The notes: a model not told the origin generated them from the letters alone. A stretch of 64,000 nt of DNA from Octopus vulgaris (GCA_951406725.2 OX597837.1:14136001-14200000); one strand, 5' to 3'; counted from the first letter of the stretch, positions 13,684 to 28,935 are shown. Numbers and translations are program-made.

Positions 13684-13900
13684 GTAATATTATATGTGAC
13701 AATTAGACAATTATTGGGTTGCCATAATAAAAATCTGAGTTTCGGATGTCGGGGCGGAAATCTGCTCTGGCATATCGTCAGTTATTACGACAAACGGTTA
13801 TTAAAAACTGACGAGATGCCGGAGCAGGTTTCCGCCCCGACATCCGAAACTCGGAGTTTTATTATGGCAACCGAATAATTGTCACATATTATTTTACAGA
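13681..13900. repeat. About 220-bp near-perfect palindrome next to (TA)n
   Basis: About 95-bp arms, e.g. GAGTTTCGGATGTCGGGGCGGAAA / TTTCCGCCCCGACATCCGAAACTC. Confidence 0.85.
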
Positions 13901-14325
13901 TAAATTCCTCTATTTACATAATATCGAGGTCTCATTCATTCTTTTATTTTCATACTATTAACACACACACACATACACACACACACACATACACACATAT
14001 ATATATTGTGTGTGTGTGTGTGTGTGTATGGATGGGGATATGAAATCCGATGCAGGTACCTTTTCAGTACTCTAGTATAATCAAAAGTTCTGGTTAACCA
14101 CATGGAATGGTATGGAACTACGGGAAATTGTATGAGGTAAACAATCACGCGGTATTTCATCCGATGGGTAAATCCTGAGTTCAGAAGGAGGGTTTAACGT
14201 TTCGAGCGGAGCTCTTCGTCGGAAACATAGGAGAAGGAAAGATCCAGAGAAGGGAAGACAAAGGAAAAAAATTGCCAACGGTACACACGAGGTCACATAC
14301 ATATATATGTATATACTTTTTCTTT

Positions 14326-14502
14326 TTATTTAAGCTGCAAGAACATCACAAAAAAACCCCCAGTTCATTGGGCAGTTGTGATCAGGAACGGAATAAAATT
14401 TCATTCCATTCTTGATCACAATTCCCCGACGAGACGAACGGGAACGTGAAACTCTGAGTAGTAGTTTTTTTGTGTGTGTAATGTTCTTGCAGCTTTAATA
14501 AA
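14326..14502. repeat. MITE-like element with terminal and internal inverted repeats
   Basis: TTAAGCTGCAAGAACAT / ATGTTCTTGCAGCTTTAA; internal TTGTGATCA.GAA..GGAAT / ATTCCATTCTTGATCACAA. Confidence 0.65.
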
Positions 14503-14584
14503 AAAAAGAAGCTTACAACTCTACTTCCGGTATTCGAGCCCTATTTTTCCCATCTTCTTTTGCATTTATGTGCTTACTCGCGTA

Positions 14585-14662
<78 letters not shown>

Positions 14663-14670
14663 AGTATATA

Positions 14671-14833
14671 GAAAATACAAAATCGGACAAGAGCGCAGAA
14701 CATCCGGGCAGTTAGGTGATACAAAAAGGGACAACAAAACATCCAGATAGACGATACAAAGAAAACAAGGACGGGTCATTCGGAGTTTTCTTTCTTCAGT
14801 CGAGTTCCAGATTATCTTTGCATTTTCGGTTGG

Positions 14834-14837
<4 letters not shown>
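14671..14837. mobile_element. Unclassified interspersed element within (TA)n
   Basis: GGACAACAAAACATCCAGATAGACGATACAAA..AACAAGGACG also at 61735-61850; partial copy at 29171-29232. All are microsatellite-flanked. Confidence 0.7.
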
Positions 14838-14912
<75 letters not shown>

Positions 14913-14914
14913 CA

Positions 14915-15104
14915 GTCACCATGATAGATCGTGAGCCATAAACACATTTTTTTCTCTCCTTGTTTTTTCTGTGTCCCTTTCTGTAGAAGAACATAGGCTC
15001 GAAACGTAAAAGACTCTTTCTATTCCTGAGCGTTATACTAATACATCTGTTTGTTTTGTACACCACCTGTCTTCGTCTTTTGCTTTTTTTTTTCGTAAAC
15101 TGTC

Positions 15105-15110
<6 letters not shown>
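14915..15110 (+). mobile_element. Microsatellite-embedded element with minimal hammerhead-like motif (Penelope-like terminal-repeat derivative)
   Basis: CTTT-CTGTAGA-AGAAC-ATAG-GCTC-GAAACGTA-AAAG at 14977-15012; homologous to the copies at 32930, 33770 and 52990. Confidence 0.6.
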
Positions 15111-15165
<55 letters not shown>

Positions 15166-15780
15166 TCCCAATATATATATATATATGGGTTCAGTGATAT
15201 CGATTAACCACTCTTTTCTTAAGATTACCGGTCCTGTTGTTTTCGCGATATCCTAAATTTTATCTCCAGAAAAAGACTATAGACAAAAATCTGTAAGCAA
15301 CGGGAAGAGAAATAATGGCTATTGTCGATTGTTAAGGCATTCCATTAAACATGGCAGATTCATTATTGCTTAAATGTTATCATATATATGTATGATACAT
15401 TCATATCTATCATTATTTTTATATGTATTATATTATCGACATATCGGTATATCAACAATCCATTTTGTTTTTTTTTCCATTTAGTTTATATTACGATCAA
15501 ATCAGATATCAGTCATCGATGCAATTTATGATAGATTGGAAATTTTGAACACACATTAAAATCATAAGCCTTTACATGAGACATTGTCAAATTTATGTTT
15601 AATATGTTGTATAATTCTTCCCTAATTTCGATCCTACGAGTTGTTCTGTTTATGTTCCTGAAAAATTACTACCAAACCAATATGGTATCAAAGATTCCTA
15701 AACGAAAATAACATGTATGTATGTATGTATGTATGTATGTATGTATGTATGTATGTATGTATGTATGTATGTATGTATGG

Positions 15781-15813
<33 letters not shown>

Positions 15814-15859
15814 TGTATGTATGTATGTATGTATGTATGTATGTATGTATGTATGTATG

Positions 15860-15891
<32 letters not shown>

Positions 15892-16449
15892 TGTATGTAT
15901 GTATGTATGTATGTATGTATGTATGTATGTATGTATGTATGTATGTGTGAGTGTGTGTATGTATGTATGTATGTAAGTATGTGTGTATGTATGTATGTAT
16001 GTATGTATGTGTATGTATGTATGTATGTATGTATGTATGTATAAATGTATGTATGTATGTATGTATGTATGTATGTATGTATCCTTGAATGTTTGTATGT
16101 GTGCATGCATATATGTATGTATGTATGTATACATTTATGTGTGTGTGTGTATGTATGTATGTATGTATGTATGTATGTATGTATGTATATATGTATGTGT
16201 GTGTGTATGTATGTATGTATGTATGTACGTATGTATGTATGCATATATGTGTGTGTGTATGTCGATTGAAATCTCACCGATATCTTTAATGTGGATGGAA
16301 ATTAGGTCTGATTTCTATCTAAAGATTTGATCCGTTTGTATTGAAGAAAATTGAAGGAATAAAAAATGGATTTGATCGATATATTTTCTCATGATTAAGT
16401 TTCAGGCATTCTTAATTAATGCCGAATCACACACAGACACACACAGACA

Positions 16450-16615
<166 letters not shown>

Positions 16616-16804
16616 CTTACATACATGCATATATATATATACACGCACATTTATTTATATATATATATATATGCACATATATATATATATACATACTTAC
16701 ATACATACATGCATACAAACATACATGCATACATACATACATACATGCATACAAACATACATGCATACATACATACATACATATATACATATAAATATTT
16801 ATAA

Positions 16805-16860
<56 letters not shown>

Positions 16861-16976
16861 AATTTTTAAATCTGTTTTTAAGAGTTCGGTTCAAGATTTC
16901 CATTCCCTCGCGTTCGGTACACTGTATTCATTATGGTAGTTTTAACTTTAAGAGTTCCTCATAGCGTGAGGCATTT

Positions 16977-17066
<90 letters not shown>

Positions 17067-17223
17067 TTATATATGTACGTAAACCTGTGTATATCTTTTA
17101 CCTTTTACCTTTTACTTGTTTCAATCAGTGAAGAAATCAAGAAATCGATCTCAGTACTTATCTGTTTTGGTGTTTGATACTTACACAAAGATAGACATGT
17201 GTGTGTGTGGGGTGGTGCGCCTG

Positions 17224-17263
<40 letters not shown>

Positions 17264-18299
17264 CATTTGTTATATGTCTTTTTATGTGTATATGTTTAGT
17301 AATACCGATGAAGAATATACATCGCACCCATTTCACCCCTGCAACAAACAGACTGAAATTTGCATATATCCCCACACAAAAACCACCGCAAGAAATAAAT
17401 CCAAGATGGCCACCACAGACGCCCTTCCTAATTTCACACTAATCTTATTGTTCCTTGTGAAATTTTGCAACAGAAATTTTCTACCTGAACGATCTTTCCA
17501 AGGGTAATCTAGCAATATTCATGGCGGTTACGGAAATACATCTCCCAACGAAAATAACAGAGGCCGAACTACTTATAGCAATGTATGTCGTCGCATTCGT
17601 ATAAAAACGTAAAGAAAAACGAAGCTTATATTGGGTTGCTTGCGTTTGATATCACATACTTATGTCTGTTGTCGCAGCGGAATGAGTTTTGTATCACACA
17701 AATACTACACATAAAGCTACTCGATATAGTTATAGGTCCATGTTGTTTACTGAATGCTTCAGAGCATTATATAAAACTTGAAAGCATTCTCAGAATGATA
17801 GATGAGGTACAATCGAAGGTCAATCGACATGTTTAGCAAACATCTTTTGGAGGAATTTCACTTTCCCAACGGTAAAAAGGACATAGGACCAAATTCTCAC
17901 AGAAATCTCAAAGAATCTCTTCTGGTTCTCAGTAAACGTCTGTTTATTTTATTGTTTATCTATAAATTAGCATAGTAGATTAGTGCATACATTTACGTAT
18001 ATTCGCTTTTAGTTGCTCGCCATTTACTAAATGTTATTTATTCTAAGCACAATACTAGAATAAATTTAAATATATTATATTATAGAGCTTCGCTGCCGGT
18101 TAAATAAAAATAAATAAAAACGCAAACAAATACCATTTGTGGTATTGGTGAATGGAGAACTGAGAACTTGTCATTAGTTTACTTCTCAGAGCGTTCGGTC
18201 TTGTTTGCTCTGTGAGAACGGACAGAAACCTGTGGTCAGGTGTCTCACAGGGCCTCTGTCCGCCATTTGTAAGCTTTGGTACTTGGACGTTAGCTTATC

Positions 18300-18680
18300 G
18301 TGGAAGACACTCAACACCACCTAAGCACAACTCTCAAAATCCTAACTGTCCCCAACAGAGCAGTTTTTGGCGCCTGCTCTGCCCTCAATGAAATGGGGGT
18401 AACAGTTACTCTCCTCACAGTCTACATTCTTGCAATTTCGTCTCTTAGTCGTCTGTATTTTTCTGTCTTTTCCAGCTTTTTCATATACATCCCCAGGTAT
18501 GGCAATATTCATGATCTTGGTTTCCCTTTTTCCTTTTATTACAACAATGTCTGGCCTCTGAGCATCAATTAGGGAGTCACATTGGATTGTAAAATGCCAT
18601 ATGTTCATTGTTCTCAGTGACATCCTCTCATTCATGTTTGTACAATTTCCGTACTCTGCCCAAGCCATAATTTCCAAACC
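18300..18680 (-). mobile_element. RLE-type non-LTR retrotransposon (R4/Dong-like) 3' fragment
   Basis: IWHFTIQCDSLIDAQRPDIVVIK...KIMNIAIPGD: PD-(D/E)xK endonuclease motif, frameshifted. Confidence 0.75.
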
Positions 18681-19016
18681 GTACGCAATGCCCCCCCCCC
18701 CCAGCTCCTATGTGACCGGGCAGTGGACCAATCGTAAAGATCATGAAGTCATGGATATTTTGTCTATCTAATATTCCAGACATGGTCTACATAGAACCTC
18801 ATTATCCAATGGTTTTGAAAAATTCGTTGCTTTTACTGAAAGATCGAACGACGATATATATATATATATATATAGACATAGGCATACAGACATACATACA
18901 TATATCGTAGAAATAAAGTTATTTGGTTCGAACCAAGTCACCACACCCTTGTTTTTACCTGCAAGATGATTAGCTCATTACTCGTTCTATTACATATATA
19001 TATATATATATATATA

Positions 19017-19083
<67 letters not shown>

Positions 19084-19920
19084 CATACATACATACATAC
19101 ATATATAAACGCATGCATACATACACATACACACACATACGTATATACATATATATTTGTGTGTGTGTGTGTGCGTGTTTGTGGAAATCGATTTCTTTTG
19201 AAGAGTCTACACTCGAAACGTAAAAGACTTTTCCTTTTGTTTTACCTGGGCGTAAACCTAATAAATACACACTCTATTTACACACACACAGACACATATA
19301 CACACACGCACACATAATGATAATAATATAAGGAGTTATATTAAATATGTTAATATATATATACATGTATAAGAATATATATTTATAATATATATGCATA
19401 TATACTTATATATGTTTTACAAGATAAGGGCAAAAGAAAAATTCTAATGCCAAATATGCCGAAAAAAGACAAGAATTGTCAATATCCCGAAAATAATTTT
19501 ATCCTACATTAGTTATAAATTGAATAGTGTTTACATATACATATATAAGTATATTTACATATATATATACTAGCAGTATTGCCCGGCGTTGCTCGGGTTT
19601 GTAAGGGAAATAACTATATAAGCATTTTTAGAGATGTAAAGTTTAATAGCCATCTCAATATGGCTAACCACAAAGGGGGGGGGGGGAGGGTGTTACTGTA
19701 GCTTTTTACGTTCTGAGATTTAATAATAAATTTTTAGAGAGTTACTTCCCTTATATATGCAAAAAATGCATTAAAAATGGGAAAAATTAATGGTAAATAT
19801 ATGTACATATATATATGTATGTATGTATGAGCCAAAACAAACGGAACAAACGTAAAATGCAAATATAGAATGTCGCTAAATCAACTTCAGTTATCATCCA
19901 AGGGATCGCAGCAATTTCAC

Positions 19921-19976
<56 letters not shown>

Positions 19977-20548
19977 TACATATATACATACATATATACA
20001 TACATACATACATACATACATACATACATACATACATACATACATACGTACATACATACATATATACATAGATACATACATACATACATACATACATACA
20101 TACATACATACACACACATATGCATACATATATACATACACACACATACATACATACATATATACATACATACGTACATACATACATACATATATACATA
20201 GATACATACATACATACACACACATACATACATACATACATACATATATACATACACACACATACATACATATATACATACATACGTACATACATACATA
20301 CACACACACATATACATACATATATACATAGATACATACATACATACATACACACACATATGCATACATATATACATACACACACATACATATATACATA
20401 TATACATAGATACGTACATACATACATACATACATACACACACACACATATACATACATATATACATACACACACATACATACATATATACATACATTAC
20501 TATCTATATATCTGTGTGTCTGTGTGTCTGTATGTACCTATATATGTA

Positions 20549-20595
<47 letters not shown>

Positions 20596-21703
20596 ATCCA
20601 CATGTGCATACAGAAAATATTGATTGATCCTTGAATTTAATGTTGGCTTCTATATTACCCATCCTTCAACCACGATAATGGTTGAATATATTCTTAAGTC
20701 CACCATTTTGTCAATCGCAGCAGCCTCGAAGCTTCACCACTAATTCAGTTCTCTGCTAAATTGCAAACTGTTAACAGTTTTAAAGGGGACACCTCCTCGG
20801 CTACACTTTGGCATAAATAGTTTTAGATTTGGTTCAGTAGAAAAATAGTTACATCAAGATATCTGCGACTTCAAGGCGGAGGGAAGTATGGCACCTATTC
20901 ACCTTCAATTAACATAAACTTTTTAATTTTAAAATAAAAGTATACTTTTCTTGGGCTTAAATGATAGAAAAATGTATGAAGAATTTAGAGTCGTTAGTCA
21001 TATTGAATAAAAATTAGTAGAAGAAAAGTTATGGGGTGAAACGCCACGAAATTTCGTGTAAGAGAGTAAGAGAGTAACCCTTATCAATAAGAATATTACA
21101 GAATATATATTGCTAAAATGAATGTTGATGTGATAAGTCTGCGAGCAGGCAGAAACGTTAACGCGCCGGGCGAACTGCTTAACGATATTTCACCTGTGTT
21201 TATGTTCTGAGTTCAAATTCCACCGAGGTCAATTTTGCTTTTTATCCATTTCGGTTCTATTCAATTTGACGTACAGATTATTTAATTAATTTTTTTAAAA
21301 ACTATACACTTTGAATCTTCCGATACTTGTACGGTGTGTCACATACAACAAGGTTTACTCTTAACGTTTTTGACAAAATTTTGTATTTTAGAAGTTATTT
21401 CGCTACAAGTTACAGAGTGACAGTGGACAAATTCGTATTTGATAAGTGCCAATACACGAAACTCTCAGTTTTTGACTCACTCTCCAACTTCTGCCCATGA
21501 TATATATGCATATTATACATATGTGTGTAAAATAAATCTCATCACGCTATCAAACTAATGAAAGAGCCTCTACCCGGTCTCTCGACACGCTACACATAGC
21601 AGCCAATGCATCCCATACCTAGTATTTTATAAGGTAAAATCCTAAACGATTAATTGACACATTATTAATTATCTTATAAGATCAATGCCTGGAAAAATCA
21701 TGG

Positions 21704-22225
21704 ATTACATGGAAAAATGCGAGCATGAAAAATAATATTCTTAAGATTATAAACCTGGAAAAATACAGGACAAATTATTACACCTGGAAAAGTATAGGAC
21801 AAACTATTACTTCAAGTAAAGTAAAGAATAAGAAACTTTTTACTTAAAATATTGCAGCTAAAATAAAAATTTGAATATTAAAACTTATTTTATTATAGTT
21901 TACAAATAACGCTATACTTATTTAAGTAAGATTTCGCTAATTTAGTACCTTAAATACAGAAAAAAGTGACTAATTAGACAAACTTACAAATTAGCTGAAC
22001 AGTTTTGTACAATAAATTTAAAAGATGAGAACTGTGAAGAATGATAAATTAGAAGAACTGGCATTCTTTGCTGCAATATTTTAAGTAAAAAAGTTTCTTA
22101 TTCTTTACTTTACTTGAAGTAATAGTTTGTCCTATACTTTTACAGATGTAATAACTTGTCCTATACTTTTCCAGGTTTATAATCTTAAGAATATTACTTT
22201 TCATGCTCGCATTTTTCCATGTAAT
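21704..22225. mobile_element. Foldback/TIR element with about 155-bp inverted arms
   Basis: 21704-21858 is the reverse complement of 22069-22225 (high identity); AT-rich spacer; TA-CATGG...CCATG-TA ends. Confidence 0.8.
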
Positions 22226-22291
22226 ACAAAACATTCTCTCCCCCTTTTCCCTCTCATTCCCCTATATATATATATACACACATACAGAGAA

Positions 22292-22338
<47 letters not shown>

Positions 22339-22869
22339 CACATACATCCTCACACACATGTGTTGTTGACGTCTTGAGAAAAAAGAAAATCCGAAAGAAG
22401 GTGGAATGATTCTTTTTGGGAACGGTGAAACCGGAAGCAGACAAACCTATCAATAATATTGTGTTAACATCGGGAAGGAAAATCTCTCATGTTTACAAAA
22501 GACACGGTTTCGCGTCCTGTGCGAAGCGTTCGATTTTTTTTTAGCTACAGTTTTTCTTAAGCCATTATTTACTCACTAGTATTTATAGCTTTAGCTGCTT
22601 CGAGTTTTACCGCCGTCTTCCCTCCAAATTATACAAAGATAAATAATTACATCCACCCACCCACTCACACACATATATAGGTATGTATGTGTGTGTGTAT
22701 GTATGTATGTATGTATGTATGTATGTATGTATGTATGTATGTATGTATGTATGTATGTATGTATGTATATGTATACAAATAGAGTTAGCGGTTGTAGTAA
22801 CCTACTAAGGGATAAAATATCCGAATATACTATCAGTATCCGTTACCTGCGTTAACCCCGGGTATTTTC

Positions 22870-22918
<49 letters not shown>

Positions 22919-23844
22919 GCATAAATCTATATATTATATATGTACATACATACATATATGCATATATGTATGCATGTGTATGTATGTATATGCATAAATG
23001 CGTACGTACGTCACTACAGTAACAATAGATAGCAACATTATGTCAAACATTCCTATACTCCTCGGTAGACTTAGCATTCATTACGCTCTAGGCAATGTAT
23101 TATTCTAAATATATCATTTGCTAGTTTCAATGGCTACCTGTACCATTGCAACTTACAATAAATCAGTCAATGTGATTGCTGAGTTCCGAGTCGGCTATGA
23201 TCAAAGGCGTTCCAACCATGACCACGCCGTCTGTTTTGCATACACATTGCCTAAGGTAATGTCCAGGGTAATTCGGTAAATGGAAACTGTATCGAATTCC
23301 GTCGTGTGGACCATAACTGGTATTCAAAAGATACATTTTTGTTACTCACTCCGTCACTCTGGTTCTGCTCGCGAATTTCATTAAGGGTACACATATCTAT
23401 GGAATACTCAGCCATTAGCACGTAAATTCAGGTTAGGTAATTCCGTTAATCGAATAGCTGAATCCTCATCGTCTAACGACGGAGATCCGCTACATTAATA
23501 TTTACCTTACGCCTTTAATTTTTGTTTGAAATTCCTCATAAAACACGTCTGGGTTTTTAAACCTTTTGCTTGATGAACTTACAAGGCACCCTTTACAGGT
23601 TCTTACGACCTGCTAGAAATAGCAAATAAATATTCTTCCATTCATATCTGACTGTCTTGGAAATGAAAGATGCATTGTATGACGAAGACCTCGATACACT
23701 TAGTTTGAAGGCAAAATCCGGGACAACGCCTTTTGTGATGGGACACGTTTGACCATTGACCAGCTGTGGTCATTATCCCTGGGCCAAGAATAAACAATAA
23801 CAGCTATATTTGGTTAGATCATTCATATATAGCAGTCTCTGGAG

Positions 23845-24143
23845 CAGTGACTCTCAACCACATTTTACCTACGGACCACCTATGGACCCCTACGGACCCC
23901 CTACGGACCCCCTATGGACCCCTTTGATTCCTGTTTTATTCGGATGGGCCCTCATAGCCATTCGATACTTTAAAAATCCTATTAAAGTTTTACAATTATA
24001 TATTATTAGAAATTGTATTTTTAAAAAATTGCTGAAATATTTCGTGTATAGGAGAAGCGTAACAAATTTATTGCACAGTAGTTTTCACAACAAAATCCTA
24101 TATGACCTCCAAGGGTCATATGGGTCCCGGTTGAAAACCGCTG
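23845..24143. mobile_element. hAT (Charlie-like) MITE
   Basis: TIRs CAGTGACTCTCAACC / GGTTGAAAACCGCTG; decayed 8-bp TSD CTCTGGAG / CCCTAGAC; internal (CTAYGGACCCC)n. Confidence 0.75.
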
Positions 24144-25147
24144 CCCTAGACTATATCTTTGCAAACGGACCCCTCTTGATGAAACGGTTGCTACAATAAC
24201 AGTTATCAACAAGGAATGATAGATAATGAAGGTATTAAAATGAAATACGTTGTTGAATATAAAAAGGAAATATTTTTTACCTGAGAAAGAAAAAATCCAT
24301 AAAAGAATGATAGAAAATATCCTGCGTGTCCCTCTATGCATGGCTACCAATGTCCAGGTAATGGTATGCCCACATATGATTGTATGGTAACCCAATGCAG
24401 CTCCTGTGGCTTTAATCTAAATAATAAACGAAACCCGGGTCTTGGCTCTATTGATCCAGGCCGGAAATTTTCAAAAGGATCTCGAAATATTAGACTTCAA
24501 ACGTAAACTGTTTAAGTTAATGGAGCATATAGAAATATCTCAGCAGTAACTAATGTATGTGTGAGCCAACGGGACTTCTGGGAAGGGAGACGTCTCCGTT
24601 CACAATTCGGTCACTACGTCGTTCTTTTTCTTACTCTTCCTCTTCTTGCTCTTCTTCCTCTCTCTCTCTCTCTTTCTCTCTCCTTGCTATGAATTTTTTA
24701 ACAACAAAAGCAATGTCACGTTCCTCAACTCGCCTAAAAAACCTACCCTTCCCACCATTGGCTTGGAGTGGAGAAAAACGGTTTGAAAGGCTGATGGCAA
24801 ATATTAGCCGATCCTGAAGTACATAGCATTTGATTCTGTAGGTGGTGTATGTCTCGCAAACTTTCGTTCTAGTCAAACTGGTTTTCATCGAAATAAACAA
24901 ACAAATAAGAAACAAAATACAACAAAAAAGTGACCAGACGTGTGTGTATTCATTCGCACAAGTTATTATAAATCTAATAAGCAGAAACTCAACGGACCCG
25001 TTTTTACATTTCCCGACAATAATAAATTAATAGCAAAACTTCTAATTCTGCTTCAGGCTGTTTGTTCGTTTGTTTATTTTGCTTTTGTTAGAGATAAAAT
25101 TAATTTTATACATTTACACAAGCACACGCGCACACATGCATACACAT

Positions 25148-25182
<35 letters not shown>

Positions 25183-25590
25183 AAATGGAAAGAAAAGTCC
25201 TGTACAAATCTGCCATCAACTTTATAGATGATGCCCCCGGGGGGTGCCGCTTGCTGAGATGTGTCAGATATACAAGGCTGCGCCGGATGTCAACATTTTT
25301 CGAAACCAATGCTATAAACTTTTCACACAGAGGATATTTTGTCTGTTCTTGAAATGATATCGAACCCTGTGCGTCTTCATATTTCAATTCAAGAGAAATA
25401 TAAAATTAAGTGCCATTGTCAGATATCTTTTTAGCATATTCCAACGGGGCTGTGTGGTAGGGATCACAGGGTTTCGGGTTCAGTCTCACTGTGTAGAATT
25501 TTAGGCAAGTGTCTTCTACTACAGCCCTGGACTGACCAAAAATCTTGTGGATCGATTTAATGGAAGGAAACTGAAAGGAGCTCACTGTGC

Positions 25591-25711
<121 letters not shown>

Positions 25712-26254
25712 CGTGTGTGCGTGTGTGCGCATGTGTGTATGTGTGTGTGTGTGTATGTGTGTGCGTGTGTGTGTGTGTGTATTACAGAGGATCGGCTAGC
25801 TACGAAGCATATGTTTACCTGCTCCACTTCTTCATTTTGGATTTATATTCGCATTCATAGCAACTCAATTTGCTAACCATAAGCTATAAACAAATTTTGT
25901 CCAGCTTATCGTACTTCGATATGGGAAAAATTTACAACCTTTTAAGTCAATAAATTACTATTGTTCCTGAAAGTTGCTTTTTATATGCCTTCTACAGACT
26001 GCTCGAAGTTTACCAGCTTCCAACACCTTGATCCTTGGATCTTACCTTTTATATATATATATATATAAGAAAATGAAAACGGAAAATACGCACACTTACA
26101 TGGTTATAGTATAATTTTTAATGTATCGACCAGTTTCGCAATCGCTATTCATGATAAAATGTTTAATTTATATGAAAATATATTTTTTCTTAAGAAGAAA
26201 ATGGGTCCATGTTGTTTCTAATGAAATTCACGTATATATGTATATAGATGTATA

Positions 26255-26860
26255 TCCTGCAGAAAAATGGTTTAGCCCCCAAGAACATTCATGTTGGCAT
26301 GGTTGCTACATTAGAGGATGAGGCTCCAACTTTATCAACAGTGCAAAAATGGGCAACTGAATTTTGGAGGGAAGGGAGAACACTGAAAATGACCCAAGGT
26401 CTGGACGTCCTGCAACTGCCACCACTGAGGAAAACATTGATCATGTTCACATCAGAATGATGGATGACAGGTGATTGATTATAAATTAAACAGCCAACGC
26501 TATGAGCATATTCCGCGAGGGAGTTGGAAATATTCTGCCCAATGAACTTGGCACGATGAAATGTTTCTGCTCGATGGGAGCCACGTCTTCTGACACCTGA
26601 TCAAAAGCGCACCTGGATGATCGCATCACGGGGAAATCTGACGCTGTTTGCGGCAGATCCAGCTGGTTTTCTTGAACCTAGGATAAGTGTTGGCATCATC
26701 ACTTTGAGTTGGAGACAAAAAAACAGTCCATGCACTGGATCCCTCTCGTCACCAGCTCCAAAGAAGGCTATGGTCGTTTCGTCTGCAGGGTCAAGTGATG
26801 GCCTCAGTTCTTTGGGGATGCCAAAGGGTATCGTGTTTATTGATTCTCTTAAAAAGGGCA
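26255..26860 (+). mobile_element. Mariner transposase pseudogene fragment
   Basis: DEAPTLSTVQKWATEF, DPRSGRP, W-PRLLTPDQK, SPAPKKA and KGIVFID motifs across frameshifts. Confidence 0.85.
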
Positions 26861-26902
26861 ACGAAGCAGTTACAAAAGGCTATCAAAAACCAAACGACTT
26901 GG

Positions 26903-26966
<64 letters not shown>

Positions 26967-27297
26967 GCATACAAACACATGCTCTCTCTCTTTTTTTCCT
27001 TCACACACACACACACACACATGTCACGTGATCGACCAGACTATCGGATGTTGTTATACCTCGCTGATCACAATGCACGTCGTATTGTTTTTTTAGCTTC
27101 CGAATTATGTCACCCTGCTTGTAAGGTAGGCAGGCCAACATTCCCCCTAATCGGAAGGGTGGCCATTATTAGCTGAGTGGACTGGGGCAGCGTGAAACAA
27201 AGTTTTCTACTCAAGACCAAACCTGAAGCCGGTCTGGGAATCGAAACCGCGAATTCACAATCGTAGGTGCAGAACGCTTAGCCACTGGACCACGCGC

Positions 27298-27700
27298 CTT
27301 CAGTGCGTCCCCAAGCTGCTCGTTCGAGTGGTTCAATAGAGTGGTATTGTCCGTATATAAGGTGGTAGTTCTCGAATGTAACGCCAGAAACTCGTTCATA
27401 GGCCTTGGTCATCAGATAATAGATGACAGAGTTGAAGAGGTCGGACCCCGCCGTTGATGAGGAATCAGTCAGAATCCCCTCTCCCGTTCACCCGCACGCA
27501 ACCCTCGACACTGCTATAGATCAGCTGGAGGAGCGCCAATGAGCTTGAAAATTTTCCAGAGGGATGCGTGGTCGACCGTATCGAATGCCACCTTGTGAGC
27601 GACGAAGGCGTTGTAGAGGCGGCGATCTTTGCAGAAAATCGATCTACTGCCGACCATATTTTTGCCATTCCCCGTATTATTGAAAGATGCAGAACAGCCG
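27298..27700 (-). mobile_element. RTE-like RT fragment with inverted 5' segment
   Basis: Minus strand: RRLYNAFVAHKVAFDTVDHASLWKI...CVRVNG...GVR...YTDNTTLL. Plus strand 27625-27700: ENRSTADHIFAIPRIIERCR. Confidence 0.75.
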
Positions 27701-27892
27701 TGAAAGCAGCAGAAAGATTGGATATTTTGCTCTTACAAAACGGAAAAACGTTGCCGGCAGACGGCTATGGGATTCGAACCTGTACCCTTCAGATACCAGC
27801 TGAGTACTCAACCATTAAGCTAAACAATTACCGTCAAATTAAACGCTAAATAATAATATTCTTTGGAATGCGACAATATTTTAGGTATGTAA

Positions 27893-28143
27893 AGGCGGTG
27901 AGCTGGCAGAAACGTTAGGACGCCGGGCGAAATACTTAGCAGTATTTCGTCTGTCGTTACGTTCTGAGTCAAATTCCGCCGAGGTCGACTTTGCCTTTCA
28001 TCATTTCGGGGTCGATAAATTAAGTACCAGTTACGCACTGGGGTCGATATAATCGACTTAATCCGTTTTTCTGTCCTTGCTTGTCCCCTCTGCGTTTAGC
28101 CCCTTGTGGGTAGTAAAGAAATAGGTATTTCGTCTGCCGTTAC
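27893..28143 (+). mobile_element. SINE family 1, monomer plus start of a second unit
   Basis: Full head and body, then AAGAAATAG|GTATTTCGTCTGCCGTTAC. Confidence 0.9.
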
Positions 28144-28865
28144 TAATTTTATTGAAAACAGAAACTTCACATGTACAAGGAGTTCCTCGTTTCCGACTTC
28201 CATGCGATAATGTAGAAGGGAGCATAAGGTAAATGTTACAAAAAAAAAACCGATGATATGGAAATATTTGAATATCTAGACAAAATATGATTGATTTGTT
28301 ATGAAATCGTTGTACACGAAATACCAATGAAATATGAACTATAAACAAAAATCAGAAAAGAATATAAGAACAAATGGATGGGGTTTGTTGGCGAAAGACA
28401 ATAAAAGACAAGGAAGAGAAGAATAGGGAAAGAAGAATTGGTGGGAAAATGTCTGTGTTACATCAGAACACGTGAAACTAAACGAGGGACAAAGGAAGAC
28501 AATGAAGGAATATAAAACGGAAATCGGATAAAGAAACGGAAAGATATTGAATAGAACAAAGAGAAGAGAATTCATTCAGATCAGAAGACAATGAGGGCGG
28601 TGGCGAGGGGGGGGGGGTTATGTTTTACTTGGGTCAGTCATTGGAAATGCGGTCATGCTGCAGCACCACCTTGAACGCTTCAGTCGAACAAATCGATTCC
28701 AGTCCTTACTGTTTCTGTTTTTGTCTGGGGTTTATTCTATCAGTTCACTTTGCCGAACCACTTGGTTGCAGTGACGTAGACACACCAACACACGTGCGCG
28801 CTCATATGCATACTTACATACATATATACATATATATATATGCATACATACATGCATACATACAT

Positions 28866-28935
<70 letters not shown>

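Noticed and set aside
20784-21081. Kolobok/piggyBac-like MITE (TTAA-AGGGG...CCCT)
   Set aside because: TIR match too short and right TSD not intact.
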